Source: an uncultured cyanobacterium (GTDB lineage: Bacteria > Cyanobacteriota > Cyanobacteriia > PCC-9006 > JAAUQQ01). From it: a DNA stretch of 64,000 nt. Within the stretch, counting starts at the first letter, position 1, and the number at the start of each line of letters is the position of its first letter. Both the position numbers and the translations under genes were made by a program. Location of the stretch: assembly GCA_963718615.1 (NCBI GenBank), contig OY970368.1, positions 1,600,001-1,664,000 of the forward strand. Direction: 5' to 3'. Positions 46,944 to 57,157 of this stretch are shown one piece after another. The notes below the pieces were generated by a model. It ran no database searches and had not been told where the DNA came from. It worked only from the letters and a program-made list of their open reading frames with translations.

Positions 46944-47789
46944 GTGTTACTCAGGCGTAGGTTGCTTCGTGTTTTTCTCCTTTCTAGTGCGACGGGAATC
47001 CTGACCCGAGTGGCCCAAGCGCGTTCCCGCACGTTTCGTCTTAATGGCTGGCTGGAATTGAGAGCATTTGAAGGACGGGTGATTTGGCACAGACCCCAAC
47101 GGCGTCCGCTCCTCGCTTGGGTCGGTATGCGCTTGGATGCGGAAGAGGATGCGATCTTGAGTGAGGCCAAGTCCAGTGCGGTTTTTGCCTTAGACTCAGG
47201 GCTAGGAACCGTTCACGTGGGCGAAAACACAAAATTCTTCATTAAGACCCTCAAGACCAATGCCCAGGGCGGACGCATTACCCAACTGCACGTCAGTCAG
47301 GGCCAAGTTCGTCTGAAGGTGCGGCCCTTTGCCAATCCCTCTTCTCGGCTAGAGATCGATACCCCGGCGGGGTTGGCAGGTGTGCGAGGCACCGAGTTTG
47401 GCGTAACTGTGCAGCCTGCGGGAAAAATGGGGGTTGCGACGCGCTCGGGCCATGTGGATACCACTGCCCAATCCCAAACCGTCGCGGTTCAGCAGCAACA
47501 GCAAACCTTTGTCATGCCCCAGGAAGCGCCCCAACCGCCCCAGCCCCTGCGGGACGATACAATGCTAAAGCTTCAAATTGAAGCCGTTGCCGATGGCCAG
47601 CTCCATCTTGTGGGAACCATTGACCCTGTTAATGGGCTGTTGATTGAAGACATGACGCAAGATACCGATCGCGAGGGGAAGTTTGACTTATTTTGGCCCA
47701 GGAGCGATCGCCCCTCGCTCAGCTTCACGGTTATGACTCCCCTCGGCACCCGCAAGCGCCATGAAATTCCGCTTCCTCCGCCGCTTTAA
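46944..47789 (+). CDS. FecR domain-containing exported protein
   Basis: IDTPAGLAGVRGTEFGV motif; Arg-rich signal-like N-terminus. Confidence 0.8.
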   Translation: MLLRRRLLRVFLLSSATGILTRVAQARSRTFRLNGWLELRAFEGRVIWHRPQRRPLLAWVGMRLDAEEDAILSEAKSSAVFALDSGLGTVHVGENTKFFIKTLKTNAQGGRITQLHVSQGQVRLKVRPFANPSSRLEIDTPAGLAGVRGTEFGVTVQPAGKMGVATRSGHVDTTAQSQTVAVQQQQQTFVMPQEAPQPPQPLRDDTMLKLQIEAVADGQLHLVGTIDPVNGLLIEDMTQDTDREGKFDLFWPRSDRPSLSFTVMTPLGTRKRHEIPLPPPL

Positions 47790-49530
47790 ACAGGGTTTTG
47801 CCTGGGCTGATAGCCCCCTAGGTCGTTCTCCAGGTCGATCCGCCGTTTCTCCCAGGATTTTTCCAGGCTCTCATTCGAGTCATGCCCAGACCGGTCGGTC
47901 TCTCCCGGTGGCGATCGCCTGGGCAGCAATCCGGCACTGGCTCTCCTTGGGCCAAGGCGCTTCTTTGGGCCTGGGTCTGAGTTTGCTCTGCCTGGGGTTA
48001 TGGCAAGGGGGTCTAGACAATCTGATCGAACCCCCGGCCCAGGGGTTGCTGTTTCAGAGCCGGGGTGCTGAGCCCTGGGATGAACGCTTGGTGCTGATCG
48101 AAATTGACGACCGGAGTTTGGCTCAACTGGGGACGCTGCCTTGGTCGCGCGATCGCTATACCGAACTCCTCCAAATTCTCACAACCAGTGCCCCCAATCT
48201 TGCCGTCTTTGATCTGCTCTTCACCGATGTCTCAAGCGCTGACCCGGCCTTTGCCGCCGCGATGCAACGCCATGGTTATGTGGTGCTGGGGGATGCCTGG
48301 GGACCGGAGGGCAACCGTTACCCGCCGCAACCGCGTCTGGCCGCCGAGGCGATCGCCCTGGGTCACATGAATTATTTTCAATCTCGCCGCGATCGCTATC
48401 CCGAAGTCCCCGCTGCGTTGCAGGATGCCCCTGCTCTTTCCGTTGCCGCCCTCCAGGCTTATGCCGTCAGTTGGGAGGCGGTGCCCTTACTGCCGCCCGC
48501 CGCGACCCTTTGGGTCAACTGGCCAGGATCCTGGGCCAATCTGCGTCGATATTCCTTTGTTGATGTTTTGCAACACAGGGTAGACCCCGCTGTCTTCAAT
48601 GACAAAATTATCATGATTGGTGCGACGGCAACTGGCTCCGATCCCTTCGCTCTGCCATTCACCGTTTCAAAAACCGAGTCCCTCAGCGGGGTGCATTTGC
48701 ACTTGGCCTTGCTCCATAATTTGCTCCAGCAAAATATGCTTCGTATCCCCCGAAAACGCTGGATTTGGCCGCTGTTGTTTTGTGGGGGAGGATTGCTGGT
48801 GGGGCACTGGGGCGATCGCCGGGGAACCCGTCAACAGCTGATCGGGTTTGGGGTGTTCTGCGGGGGCTGGCTAGGTTTTTGCTGGCTGGCATTGAAGGCC
48901 CATTGGCTGGTGCCGATTACTCCTCCGTTGCTGGGGCTCGGAGTGATTGCCCTGGGCCTCATGACCCTCGATAAAATCCGGCTGGCTCGTCTGACGGAAC
49001 AATTGCAAGAGGAAATAAGCCTAGACGGGCTCACTCAGATCAAAAACCGTCGATTTTTCAATGAATCTCTCGCTCGGCTGGAGCGGCAACGGCTGCGGGA
49101 CCCGGATGAAATTTCGCTGATTTTGTGCGATATCGACTATTTCAAGCGCTATAACGATACCTATGGCCATCCTGCGGGCGATCGCTGTCTTGCCGTAGTT
49201 GCCCAGACCATGCAAGCGGTTCTCCAGCGTCCCGAAGATTTTGTGGCTCGCTATGGAGGAGAAGAATTTGTGGTGGTCCTGCCTAAAACCCCTAGTGCTG
49301 GTGCCATTTATCTGGCGGAACAGATTCAGCAGCGTATTTCTGTCCTAGCCCTTCCCCATCAAGCCTCTCCCTTTCAGCAGGTGACGCTGAGTTTGGGGAT
49401 CGCGACCCTATCCGTGACCTCCGGGGAGAGCTTGAGCCAGTTAGTACAGCGGGCGGATGAAGCCCTATACCAGGCAAAACAGCGGGGACGCGATCGCTAC
49501 TGTCTCGCCCCGCCAGAGGTCTGCCACTAG
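47761..49530 (+). CDS. CHASE2-TM-GGDEF diguanylate cyclase
   Basis: IEIDDRSL...PWSR and GVHLH CHASE2 motifs; three TM segments; DIDYFKRYND, RPED I-site, GGEEF. Confidence 0.92.
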   Translation: MKFRFLRRFKQGFAWADSPLGRSPGRSAVSPRIFPGSHSSHAQTGRSLPVAIAWAAIRHWLSLGQGASLGLGLSLLCLGLWQGGLDNLIEPPAQGLLFQSRGAEPWDERLVLIEIDDRSLAQLGTLPWSRDRYTELLQILTTSAPNLAVFDLLFTDVSSADPAFAAAMQRHGYVVLGDAWGPEGNRYPPQPRLAAEAIALGHMNYFQSRRDRYPEVPAALQDAPALSVAALQAYAVSWEAVPLLPPAATLWVNWPGSWANLRRYSFVDVLQHRVDPAVFNDKIIMIGATATGSDPFALPFTVSKTESLSGVHLHLALLHNLLQQNMLRIPRKRWIWPLLFCGGGLLVGHWGDRRGTRQQLIGFGVFCGGWLGFCWLALKAHWLVPITPPLLGLGVIALGLMTLDKIRLARLTEQLQEEISLDGLTQIKNRRFFNESLARLERQRLRDPDEISLILCDIDYFKRYNDTYGHPAGDRCLAVVAQTMQAVLQRPEDFVARYGGEEFVVVLPKTPSAGAIYLAEQIQQRISVLALPHQASPFQQVTLSLGIATLSVTSGESLSQLVQRADEALYQAKQRGRDRYCLAPPEVCH

Positions 49531-49543
49531 GCTCTAGGCCCCA

Positions 49544-49574
49544 GACACCGGGTATTTATAAAACACCCGGTATC
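49544..49574. terminator. Hairpin between convergent genes (probable bidirectional terminator)
   Basis: GACACCGGGT-ATTTATAAAAC-ACCCGGTATC. Confidence 0.55.
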
Positions 49575-49582
49575 TCGTAGGT

Positions 49583-51682
49583 TTAGAACGGTTGGGGGTG
49601 TTGTGGCTGTGCCTGCGGTTGTAGCGATGGCGGTGATTGCAGCGATGGCGGTGATTGCAGCAATGGTGGTGATTGCAGCGATGGTGGTTGTAGCGATGGT
49701 GGGGGTTGCAGCGATGGCTGTTGCTCTGGGAGGGGCTGTAGTTGTTGCTGTTTCAAGTAAGCTTCCAACGCCTGCTCTGCCAGATCCCGCAGCGATTTGC
49801 CTTCTCGATCCGCTTGATCCTTCAGACGGTTATGCAACTCCGACGATAGCTCCACCCGCCAGCGCTGACGGGATGCACCCTGTTTGGGTCGGAAAGCGGC
49901 TGGATTTTCCTTATAGCGGACTGAGAATTCTTGGAGGGCTTCGAAACCGATGCGATCGCAAAAATCCCCAAAGCTTTCCCCTCGCTTGCGCTCCTGCCGG
50001 AACAGGACAAACATCGGCTCCAGCTCGATCTCCAGCTCTTCGTCCAGCAACTTTTGGGTATAGGGCTGAGCTAAGCGAGTTTGGTCTGGTGAACCGCCCA
50101 GCCAAAGCTGATAGGCCCCCGGCGCACTGCCCACTAAGCCCAGCTCCGCCATGTAAGGCCGCGCGCAACCATTGGGACAACCGGTCATCCGCACCACAAA
50201 ATGCTCATTCTTCAGCCCAACCTTGGTGAGCACGCCACGAATCCGTTCCAGAATTCCCGGTAGTGCCCGCTCCGATTCCGTAATCGCTAGGCCGCAGGTG
50301 GGCAACGCCGGACAGGCCATGCCAAAGCGCTCTAGGGGGTCGATTTCGGTTTCTGTAGGGATATTATGGCTGCGCAGAATGGCTTGAATGGCTTCCTGGT
50401 CTGCGGGGTTGATTTCGTACAGCAAAATATTGTGATTCGCCGTGAGTCGCACCGGCAAATTAAATTGCTCGATAATCTGCCGTAGAGCCGTCTTTAGCTG
50501 GAAGCTGCCTTCATCCTTGACCCGACCATTTTGCACCGAGATGCCGAGGAAGAATTTGCCGTCGCCCTGCTCATGCCAGCCCAAGAAATCGTGATATTTG
50601 AACTTGGGCAGGGGCTTCATCGGAGCCAGAGGTTTGCCAAAGTAGCCTTCGAGAACGCTGCGGAATTTTTCGACGCCCCAGTCGTGGAGGAGATATTTCA
50701 TCCGGGCGTGGCGGCGGTTGTGGCGATCGCCATAATCCCGCTGGGTGGCCAAAATCGCCTTCATGAAATCATAAATATCAGCTTTTTCCACATACCCGAG
50801 GGCATCTGCGGTGCGGGCAAAGGTTTCTTCCTTGTTATGGGTTCTGCCCATGCCCCCCCCGGCATAGACATTAAATCCCTGGAGTTCGCCTTGAGCATTC
50901 GTCAGGATAACGAGGCCCACGTCCTGGGTAAAAATATCAATGGAGTTATCCCCCGGCACTGTCACCGCGCATTTGAATTTGCGGGGCATATAGTGGGTGC
51001 CGTAGAGGGGTTCCTCGCTATCGTCAAACACCGTAGCTTTACCATTGCCATTGTCGTGCCCAGGATGACTGCTTTGGCGAGCGGCTTTCACTTCAGGCGC
51101 TTCTTCGGCGCTAAGGGCTTTTTCGCCATCCAGCCAAATTTCGTAATAGGCTCCGGTTTGGGGGGTTAATAGATCGGCGATGTTATCGGCATACTGCCAA
51201 GCCAGACCATATTCCGGGCGATCGCGAAAAGGCGCAGGGGGAGCCATGACATTGCGGTTGAGGTCGCCGCAGGCCCCTAGGGTGGAGCCCAGATTATGAA
51301 CGATCTCGGCGATCACCGCTTTGAGGTTTTTCTTCAGCACTCCATGGAGCTGAAACCCTTGTCGGGTGGTGACGCGCATCGTCTGATTACCATACTGATC
51401 GGCAAGGCGATCCAGCGTCAAATAAAGCTGCGGCGGAATAAAGCCCCCCGGATTACGGGTCCGCAACATGAACTGGTAATCCTTTTCCTGGCCCTTTGTC
51501 CGGTTGTCCCGGTTGTCCTGTTGATAGGACCCGTGGAATTTGAGGATCTGGGTGCCGTCTTCACTAAAATGAGTTGTATCTTGCTGAATCTCCGTGGCAA
51601 TAGGCTCACGCAGAAAATTGCTACGCTCCTTGAGTCCTTCGACCTTGGAGACCGGTGGCGATGATGCGGCGACTGGGGACAT
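49583..51682 (-). CDS. sir: Ferredoxin-dependent sulfite reductase
   Basis: [29 protein letters not shown] and GCPNGC siroheme/Fe-S cysteines. Confidence 0.96.
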   Translation of the reverse strand: MSPVAASSPPVSKVEGLKERSNFLREPIATEIQQDTTHFSEDGTQILKFHGSYQQDNRDNRTKGQEKDYQFMLRTRNPGGFIPPQLYLTLDRLADQYGNQTMRVTTRQGFQLHGVLKKNLKAVIAEIVHNLGSTLGACGDLNRNVMAPPAPFRDRPEYGLAWQYADNIADLLTPQTGAYYEIWLDGEKALSAEEAPEVKAARQSSHPGHDNGNGKATVFDDSEEPLYGTHYMPRKFKCAVTVPGDNSIDIFTQDVGLVILTNAQGELQGFNVYAGGGMGRTHNKEETFARTADALGYVEKADIYDFMKAILATQRDYGDRHNRRHARMKYLLHDWGVEKFRSVLEGYFGKPLAPMKPLPKFKYHDFLGWHEQGDGKFFLGISVQNGRVKDEGSFQLKTALRQIIEQFNLPVRLTANHNILLYEINPADQEAIQAILRSHNIPTETEIDPLERFGMACPALPTCGLAITESERALPGILERIRGVLTKVGLKNEHFVVRMTGCPNGCARPYMAELGLVGSAPGAYQLWLGGSPDQTRLAQPYTQKLLDEELEIELEPMFVLFRQERKRGESFGDFCDRIGFEALQEFSVRYKENPAAFRPKQGASRQRWRVELSSELHNRLKDQADREGKSLRDLAEQALEAYLKQQQLQPLPEQQPSLQPPPSLQPPSLQSPPLLQSPPSLQSPPSLQPQAQPQHPQPF
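49616..49717 (-). repeat. Imperfect 15-18-bp tandem repeat encoding the SLQ(S)PP tail of SiR
   Basis: GATTGCAGCGATGGCGGT-like units on the plus strand. Confidence 0.8.
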
Positions 51683-51838
51683 GGTGAGCTTCAATAGATA
51701 AAATCAGGCCATCTAAAAGAACCCCGGTAAGTCGGTCGGGATTCCGGGATTTTGATCTTATCATCTTGGATCCCACTTTCGGGACTCCGTTCACGAATCT
51801 GTAAAGAAAGGAATCTGTACGGTATTGTATCGGACCCG

Positions 51839-52243
51839 CTATCCCCGCAACTGAGCTAACTGCTCACGGGCTTGATTCAACTGGGCTTCATAGTCGAGGA
51901 TTTGGGCCTGAGCGGAGTTGTAGAGCGTGCTGTTGGGAGGAATCGCCCTGAGTAAGTTTAAGGCCCGCTCTAGCCGTCCGGCAACGGGTTGCCAATCGGC
52001 CTCGGATTGGGCTTGGGCGGCGTCGGCTTGGGCGCGATCGCCCAAAATCAGCGCCGTATTAAATGTTTCTTCTGGAGACGGTAATGTCGCAGCTTCTGCC
52101 GTATCCCCCTGCCACTGTGTCTCGGCGGCGTTAGCTGCCCAATTCGAGTCGCTGGAACCTTGCTCTGGGTCGATGCAGCCTGTGAGCAGTGACAGCAAAA
52201 CCCCTGATGCAAGCGGCACCAAACGACGGAAATTCAAATTCAT
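51839..52243 (-). CDS. Putative lipoprotein with helical domain
   Basis: MNLNFRR...LLTGC lipobox; helical AQSEADW...ALNLLRAIP. Confidence 0.7.
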   Translation of the reverse strand: MNLNFRRLVPLASGVLLSLLTGCIDPEQGSSDSNWAANAAETQWQGDTAEAATLPSPEETFNTALILGDRAQADAAQAQSEADWQPVAGRLERALNLLRAIPPNSTLYNSAQAQILDYEAQLNQAREQLAQLRG

Positions 52244-52547
52244 AGGGTGAGAAGAAATGCTGAAGAAGCGCTGGTAAGCGACCAAGGACGAGAATTGGGG
52301 AGCTCAATCGCCGCGTTTGGTAAACATTGTTGTACTTTTGACTGAATTCAATGTTCCCGAGGGACTTGCTAAAAATTCACTTTAAAGCGCGCAAATGGGT
52401 ATCTTTTTTTCTTTTTCAAAAACCCGAAACCTCACAGGCGGGGGTGCGATGGCACAGCGCAAAAAGAAAAATTTCCATGCAGAACAGTCCCCACTTTGTC
52501 AATGATTTCAGCCCTAAGGGACCAGGATGTTATAAGGCCTAAATCTG

Positions 52548-52572
52548 AGGGCGCGGAATGCGCAGCCCCTAC
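52548..52572 (-). repeat. GTAG-type REP-like palindrome
   Basis: Minus strand reads GTAGGGGCTGCGCATTCCGCGCCCT. Confidence 0.5.
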
Positions 52573-52665
52573 GGCGGCATTGTTAAATTTTCGTTTCTAA
52601 GAATATTGATTGATTCATGGCTAAGGAAACCCTTTGCATCAGGATTATTCGCTGACGCTGACATT

Positions 52666-52690
52666 AAAAAACCCGGAGTAATCCGGGTTT
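52666..52690 (-). terminator. Rho-independent terminator
   Basis: Minus strand AAACCCGGA-TTAC-TCCGGGTTTTTT, downstream of 52740..53858. Confidence 0.7.
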
Positions 52691-52739
52691 GAGGCGATAT
52701 TTAGCTATATTCTGGGGTCAGTTATTTCAATCGTTATCC

Positions 52740-53858
52740 CTAGGCTTGGCAACGGCTGGGGGGGACCACGGGACCAAGATTAATGCGATTAAAATCTGCT
52801 AAATCGAGGAGGGCGCTGCCGTAGTAATTGATTGTGCCTTCCGTGCGCGATCGCCGCACCTGCAAAAATCCGGAAGGTCCCCAGGATTGAAAATTTTCCC
52901 CGGCTGGCTTGACCTCATTGCTGTAGGGATAGGCAAATCCAGAGACAGTATTGTTGTTCGCAATTCCGAAAATACAGGCAGAATCTTCGCCATCAATGTG
53001 GGAGAAATTACCTGTGATGCGATCGCCCTCTTTGCGAAACACAAATAAGACCCCACCCTCCTTGAGGAGTGTCTCATCGGTCACAACCGGAGCCTTAGGG
53101 CGACCATTCCAAAAGCGATAGCTACCGTTGGGAAGGGCCGCAACCGTCACTGATCTTGCAGGGGCTGGCGTTGTTGTTGCCGCTGGCGTTGTGGGGGGTG
53201 TCGTTGCAGGCGCAGCAGGCGTCGCAGTGGGCGTTGATGATGATGATGATGATGGCGGCGTTGTTACCGAAGGCGTAACCGGGGCTGCTCCTGCGGCAGG
53301 CCGGGGATCCGCAATTACGGGGGGCGGCGTCACCTGACCGCCGGGGGGCACCGAAGCGGATTGTTGGCGGACGGGCAGATTGGCTGCCGAAAGGCCCTGC
53401 TCTTCCTCAAGGTTAGACCAGCAAGTCAGCGAGGCGTTGACCGGTGCGAAGCCCGTTTCGGAGTTGTACCCGAGGAGCTCGTTGTAATAGGCTGGATTGC
53501 TAAGAAACAGTTGCCGAGCTTGGTCGAGCGCGGTTTTTTCCAACGTCAGCTCACGCTTCTGGGCCACCGTTGCTGGCGCTGGACCCCGCGACATCTGAGA
53601 AGGGACCTCTTGATAGGTAAATATCGTATTTCCCTCGATTTCACTGATGCTGATAAAGGCTTTGTCGCCCAAGGGATTGGGCTTACCCGAAGCCGGATCG
53701 TAGGCGCAGCTGCGGCTGGTGGGGGCACTGGCTTGGGCTGGAGCGATCGCCGACAAGCACACCGCTGATAGGGTAGACAGAAGGGCGATCGCCAGATGGG
53801 GCGCTGCACTGCGAGGATCTGTAAGTAGAGTCTTAGGATTAGAACGAAGCGGATTCAT
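52740..53858 (-). CDS. Exported hypothetical protein with Pro/Thr/Ser-rich linker
   Basis: Signal peptide ending APAQA; two globular regions separated by a PTS-rich linker. Confidence 0.7.
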   Translation of the reverse strand: MNPLRSNPKTLLTDPRSAAPHLAIALLSTLSAVCLSAIAPAQASAPTSRSCAYDPASGKPNPLGDKAFISISEIEGNTIFTYQEVPSQMSRGPAPATVAQKRELTLEKTALDQARQLFLSNPAYYNELLGYNSETGFAPVNASLTCWSNLEEEQGLSAANLPVRQQSASVPPGGQVTPPPVIADPRPAAGAAPVTPSVTTPPSSSSSSTPTATPAAPATTPPTTPAATTTPAPARSVTVAALPNGSYRFWNGRPKAPVVTDETLLKEGGVLFVFRKEGDRITGNFSHIDGEDSACIFGIANNNTVSGFAYPYSNEVKPAGENFQSWGPSGFLQVRRSRTEGTINYYGSALLDLADFNRINLGPVVPPSRCQA

Positions 53859-54099
53859 GACCTTCTCCTCAATTGGGCGGGGCGATAGCAGAATATCGTG
53901 GGTGGAATATCATTGGCAAAACCCACATTGGCAAAACCCATGGGTCGATAGTATCCTACGGACCCAAATTGCTAGCTTAAAGGCTAGCCCACAAAATCAG
54001 CCGTTTTGACAAAAAATCAATAAAATGGCAAGCGGGCTGCAATTTCCCCCCGCCTGAATCCATCTCCTGCACCAATCTAAGGATTGAGACCGAGTAGCC

Positions 54100-55017
54100 A
54101 TGACTTCTAAGACGGCTCCCGCGACGGACCCATCAACATCCTCCCCCCAAGGCCGCCGGAAGTCCGCTTCGCGCTGGCTCGAACGCCTCTTGGTTCAAGG
54201 GGTTTTGCTGGTGATTACGGGGGCCGCCATGCTAGACCTGTACCAATGGCGCTACGGTGCGCTCAATTTTTGGGAGCCTGCTTGGGACTTACCCAAGCCT
54301 GCGCCTCTGGTGATGAAAGGAGGGGATCCCTATATTCGTGCCTTAATGCGAACCATTTCGGCCAGCGAATCCAATGTCCCCCGCCCCTATTCCGTCATGT
54401 ATGGGGGCGACCACTTTAGCGATTGGAGCCAGCATCCCGATCACTGCATTACGATTCCTGTGGGTCCGAATACCGGAAATTGTTCAACAGCAGCGGGTCG
54501 CTATCAGTTTATTACGACCACCTGGCAAGATAAGGCCCATAAATATCATCCTGAGCAGCCCCATGTGCTATTTTGGCGACCCTATCGCTTTGACCCGGAG
54601 TCCCAGGATGTGGTGGTGTATAACTGGCTGGCGGATACCAGCGAATGGGGCGTAGACCTCAGCGATTTGCTGCGGCGGGGAGAGATTTATCAGGTTCTGG
54701 AAATGCTGTCGCCCACTTGGACCAGTTTGGGCTATGGCATTGAGACTAACGATATGAGTGCCTATTTGCCTGAAATCTACACGGAGATGTTGGACGAAGA
54801 GCTGGCTAGTCCTGAGTTGCCAACAGCGAGTCGTCCGTTATCTGAGGCTCAGCAGGAATCCCCAGAAGAACCCCAGGCAGAACCCCAGGCGGAACCCCAG
54901 GAAGAAGGTGCTGAAGTTCAAGCCGCCGCAGTTGCCCATAAGCCCTTTTTGCTACCACCGGGTGAGGTGTTGCGTCAGCTCGGAGAAGCCTTGAAAAAGA
55001 CCCTAGGGGATTCTTAG
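54100..55017 (+). CDS. Lambda-lysozyme-like muramidase (GH104/GH24-like), N-terminally anchored
   Basis: RALMRTISASES (Glu), YSVMYGG, STAAGRYQF, WTSL motifs; N-terminal hydrophobic segment. Confidence 0.82.
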   Translation: MTSKTAPATDPSTSSPQGRRKSASRWLERLLVQGVLLVITGAAMLDLYQWRYGALNFWEPAWDLPKPAPLVMKGGDPYIRALMRTISASESNVPRPYSVMYGGDHFSDWSQHPDHCITIPVGPNTGNCSTAAGRYQFITTTWQDKAHKYHPEQPHVLFWRPYRFDPESQDVVVYNWLADTSEWGVDLSDLLRRGEIYQVLEMLSPTWTSLGYGIETNDMSAYLPEIYTEMLDEELASPELPTASRPLSEAQQESPEEPQAEPQAEPQEEGAEVQAAAVAHKPFLLPPGEVLRQLGEALKKTLGDS

Positions 55018-55026
55018 GCATGAGGA

Positions 55027-55746
55027 TTAATTAAGATGCCATGTTCCTTCCAGGCAAACCTGATAGAAATCAGTCGCAATCCTGTGCCCTGCCGCCGCGA
55101 TTTCCTCAGCCGTGGCCGTGGTGTCTTCGGGACGCACGAGCCAACAGGTTTGATAGCCTGCGGCTTTGGCTGCATCTAGCTCCTCCAGAATGTCTGATAA
55201 AAAGAGAATGTTTTGAGGGGAAGGAAGGGCGATCGCCTCTCGAATTTTCTGATAGGAATCCACCTCCTTTTTAGGGCCTATCGTCGTATCGAAGTATCCC
55301 TGAAAAAGTCCCGTTAAATCCCCAAACTCGCTATAGCCAAAGAAGAGCTTTTGCGCCCAAATTGAGCCCGACGAATAGACATAGAGCGATATTCCCTGAC
55401 GATGCCAAGCTTGAAGGACCTCATGGGCATCTGGATAAATGTGGGCTTGATAAGATCCTTCTGTATAGCCTTGCTCCCAAACAAGTCCCTGAATCGCCTT
55501 GAGTGCTGTGCTTTTGCGATCGCCCTCAATCCAATCCAATAGCTGCTGAATGACAGCATCTAAGTTGTTAGGATCTAAATCAGCTTCCTGGGCGGCAGCT
55601 TGAATAAGGGTTGAGATTTTGGGGTCGGCGGCATGGGATCGCAAAAAACCTGGAATGGCTTGGGCTGCATAGGGAAACAGCACCGATTTTACAAAATGAA
55701 TCGAGCTGGTTGTGCCCTCAATATCTGTCAGAATAGCTTGTACCAC
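55027..55746 (-). CDS. mtnC: Acireductone synthase (enolase-phosphatase E1)
   Basis: TDIEGTT, LKAIQGLVW, YSSGS, FLSD. Confidence 0.93.
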   Translation of the reverse strand: MVQAILTDIEGTTSSIHFVKSVLFPYAAQAIPGFLRSHAADPKISTLIQAAAQEADLDPNNLDAVIQQLLDWIEGDRKSTALKAIQGLVWEQGYTEGSYQAHIYPDAHEVLQAWHRQGISLYVYSSGSIWAQKLFFGYSEFGDLTGLFQGYFDTTIGPKKEVDSYQKIREAIALPSPQNILFLSDILEELDAAKAAGYQTCWLVRPEDTTATAEEIAAAGHRIATDFYQVCLEGTWHLN

Positions 55747-55747
55747 A

Positions 55748-56293
55748 CTAGTTTTCCAATCGACTAAACAGACTCGAAATTTCAGAACCCGTAAAATTGG
55801 CTACCCAGCCCGCCGGATTATTAAAGAGCCGAATGGCCACAAAATTGGGATTTGGCCCCATGTCAAACCAGTGAGGGGTGTTGGCTGGGACGCTAATTAA
55901 ATCGCCTCTTTGACAGAGAACTTCGTAGACGCGATCGCCAAGATGCAAACTAAATAAGCCTTCTCCATCCACAAAGAAACGAACTTCATCTTCGCTATGG
56001 GTATGCTCATTTAAAAACTTTTGACGAAATGCCTCTTTCTGGGGATGATCTGCATTTAGGCTTACCACATCTACGGTCTGATAGCCTTCTGCGGCAATCA
56101 GACGATCGATATCGCGTTGATAGGCTGCAATTACTTGTCCTGGCTCATCTCCGGCTTTAATGGCCTGGGTTGCTTCCCACTGCTCAAAGCGCACGCCTAC
56201 GGGCGCTAAGATTTCTGCGACGACTTGATTATCATGGCTGGCTTGTAAGACCTCTTTCGGGTTTTGGGCTTCAAAAACACGCAGTTTTTCCAT
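55748..56293 (-). CDS. mtnD: Acireductone dioxygenase
   Basis: EHTHSEDEVRFF and PANTPHWF cupin motifs. Confidence 0.95.
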   Translation of the reverse strand: MEKLRVFEAQNPKEVLQASHDNQVVAEILAPVGVRFEQWEATQAIKAGDEPGQVIAAYQRDIDRLIAAEGYQTVDVVSLNADHPQKEAFRQKFLNEHTHSEDEVRFFVDGEGLFSLHLGDRVYEVLCQRGDLISVPANTPHWFDMGPNPNFVAIRLFNNPAGWVANFTGSEISSLFSRLEN

Positions 56294-56396
56294 GTTTAGA
56301 TTTTCCGGTTTTAGATTTCCTCAATTTTAGCCTTGAAGTTCTCTAAGCTTGACGCGAATCTTATCTTAACTTTTATACAAAGTGTTATGACAGATA

Positions 56397-57107
56397 TCAG
56401 AGCCGCATCTCTTCCCATTCACAGCCCAATAAAAACTCAAATGCTTCTAGATGCCGGAGGGTCTCCGCCATATCTTTGCCCCAGGTATATAACCCATGAC
56501 CGCGAATCAAATAGCCATAGGTTTGTGGATGATTCTGTAAATAATCATCTACCGTCTGAGCTAATTGAGTAATGTCCTGTGTATTTTCAAAAATGGGTAC
56601 TTCTACCGTCGTTTCGTGGGTTGTGATTCCGGCAAATGCCTTCAATAATTCGTAGCCCGATAGGGTTAGATGGCTGCGATCGCCCAGACGACGACTCAGT
56701 AGCGTCGCCATAGGCGAATGGGTATGCAAAATCGCGCCCACCTGTTGAAAACGTTGATATAAATGGGTATGGAGAAGCGTCTCCGCCGAAGGTTTACCCG
56801 CAGACAGAGCATTTCCTTGCCAATCAACCACCATGATATCGTCTAGGACCAGGCTACCTTTATCTTTTCCTGACGTTGTGATTGCGCAGCAACATTCATT
56901 GAGGCGGATCGAATAGTTGCTGCTGGTGGCTGGAGACCAACCCTGTTTGTAGAGCGATCGCCCTACCTTGACAAGCTCCTCCGCTGCCGCTTCAAAAACG
57001 GCTTTCCCGTCAATGTCCGTATCTAGGGGCAGTTGAGATGGCTCGGGAGCGGCTTCTAAGGATACGCTCGGGAGAAAGAAGCGGAGAGACTGAAGGTTTG
57101 GCGTCAT
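56397..57107 (-). CDS. mtnB: Methylthioribulose-1-phosphate dehydratase
   Basis: [37 protein letters not shown]; start uncertain. Confidence 0.93.
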   Translation of the reverse strand: MTPNLQSLRFFLPSVSLEAAPEPSQLPLDTDIDGKAVFEAAAEELVKVGRSLYKQGWSPATSSNYSIRLNECCCAITTSGKDKGSLVLDDIMVVDWQGNALSAGKPSAETLLHTHLYQRFQQVGAILHTHSPMATLLSRRLGDRSHLTLSGYELLKAFAGITTHETTVEVPIFENTQDITQLAQTVDDYLQNHPQTYGYLIRGHGLYTWGKDMAETLRHLEAFEFLLGCEWEEMRL

Positions 57108-57157
57108 CGAACTCAAAACGCAACGGTACAGGCTACCATTTTAGACCTGTTGAGGTT

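Noticed and set aside
52340-52375. TTCAATGTTCCCGAGGGAC resembling a lone CRISPR repeat
   Set aside because: Single copy with no second repeat or spacer periodicity.
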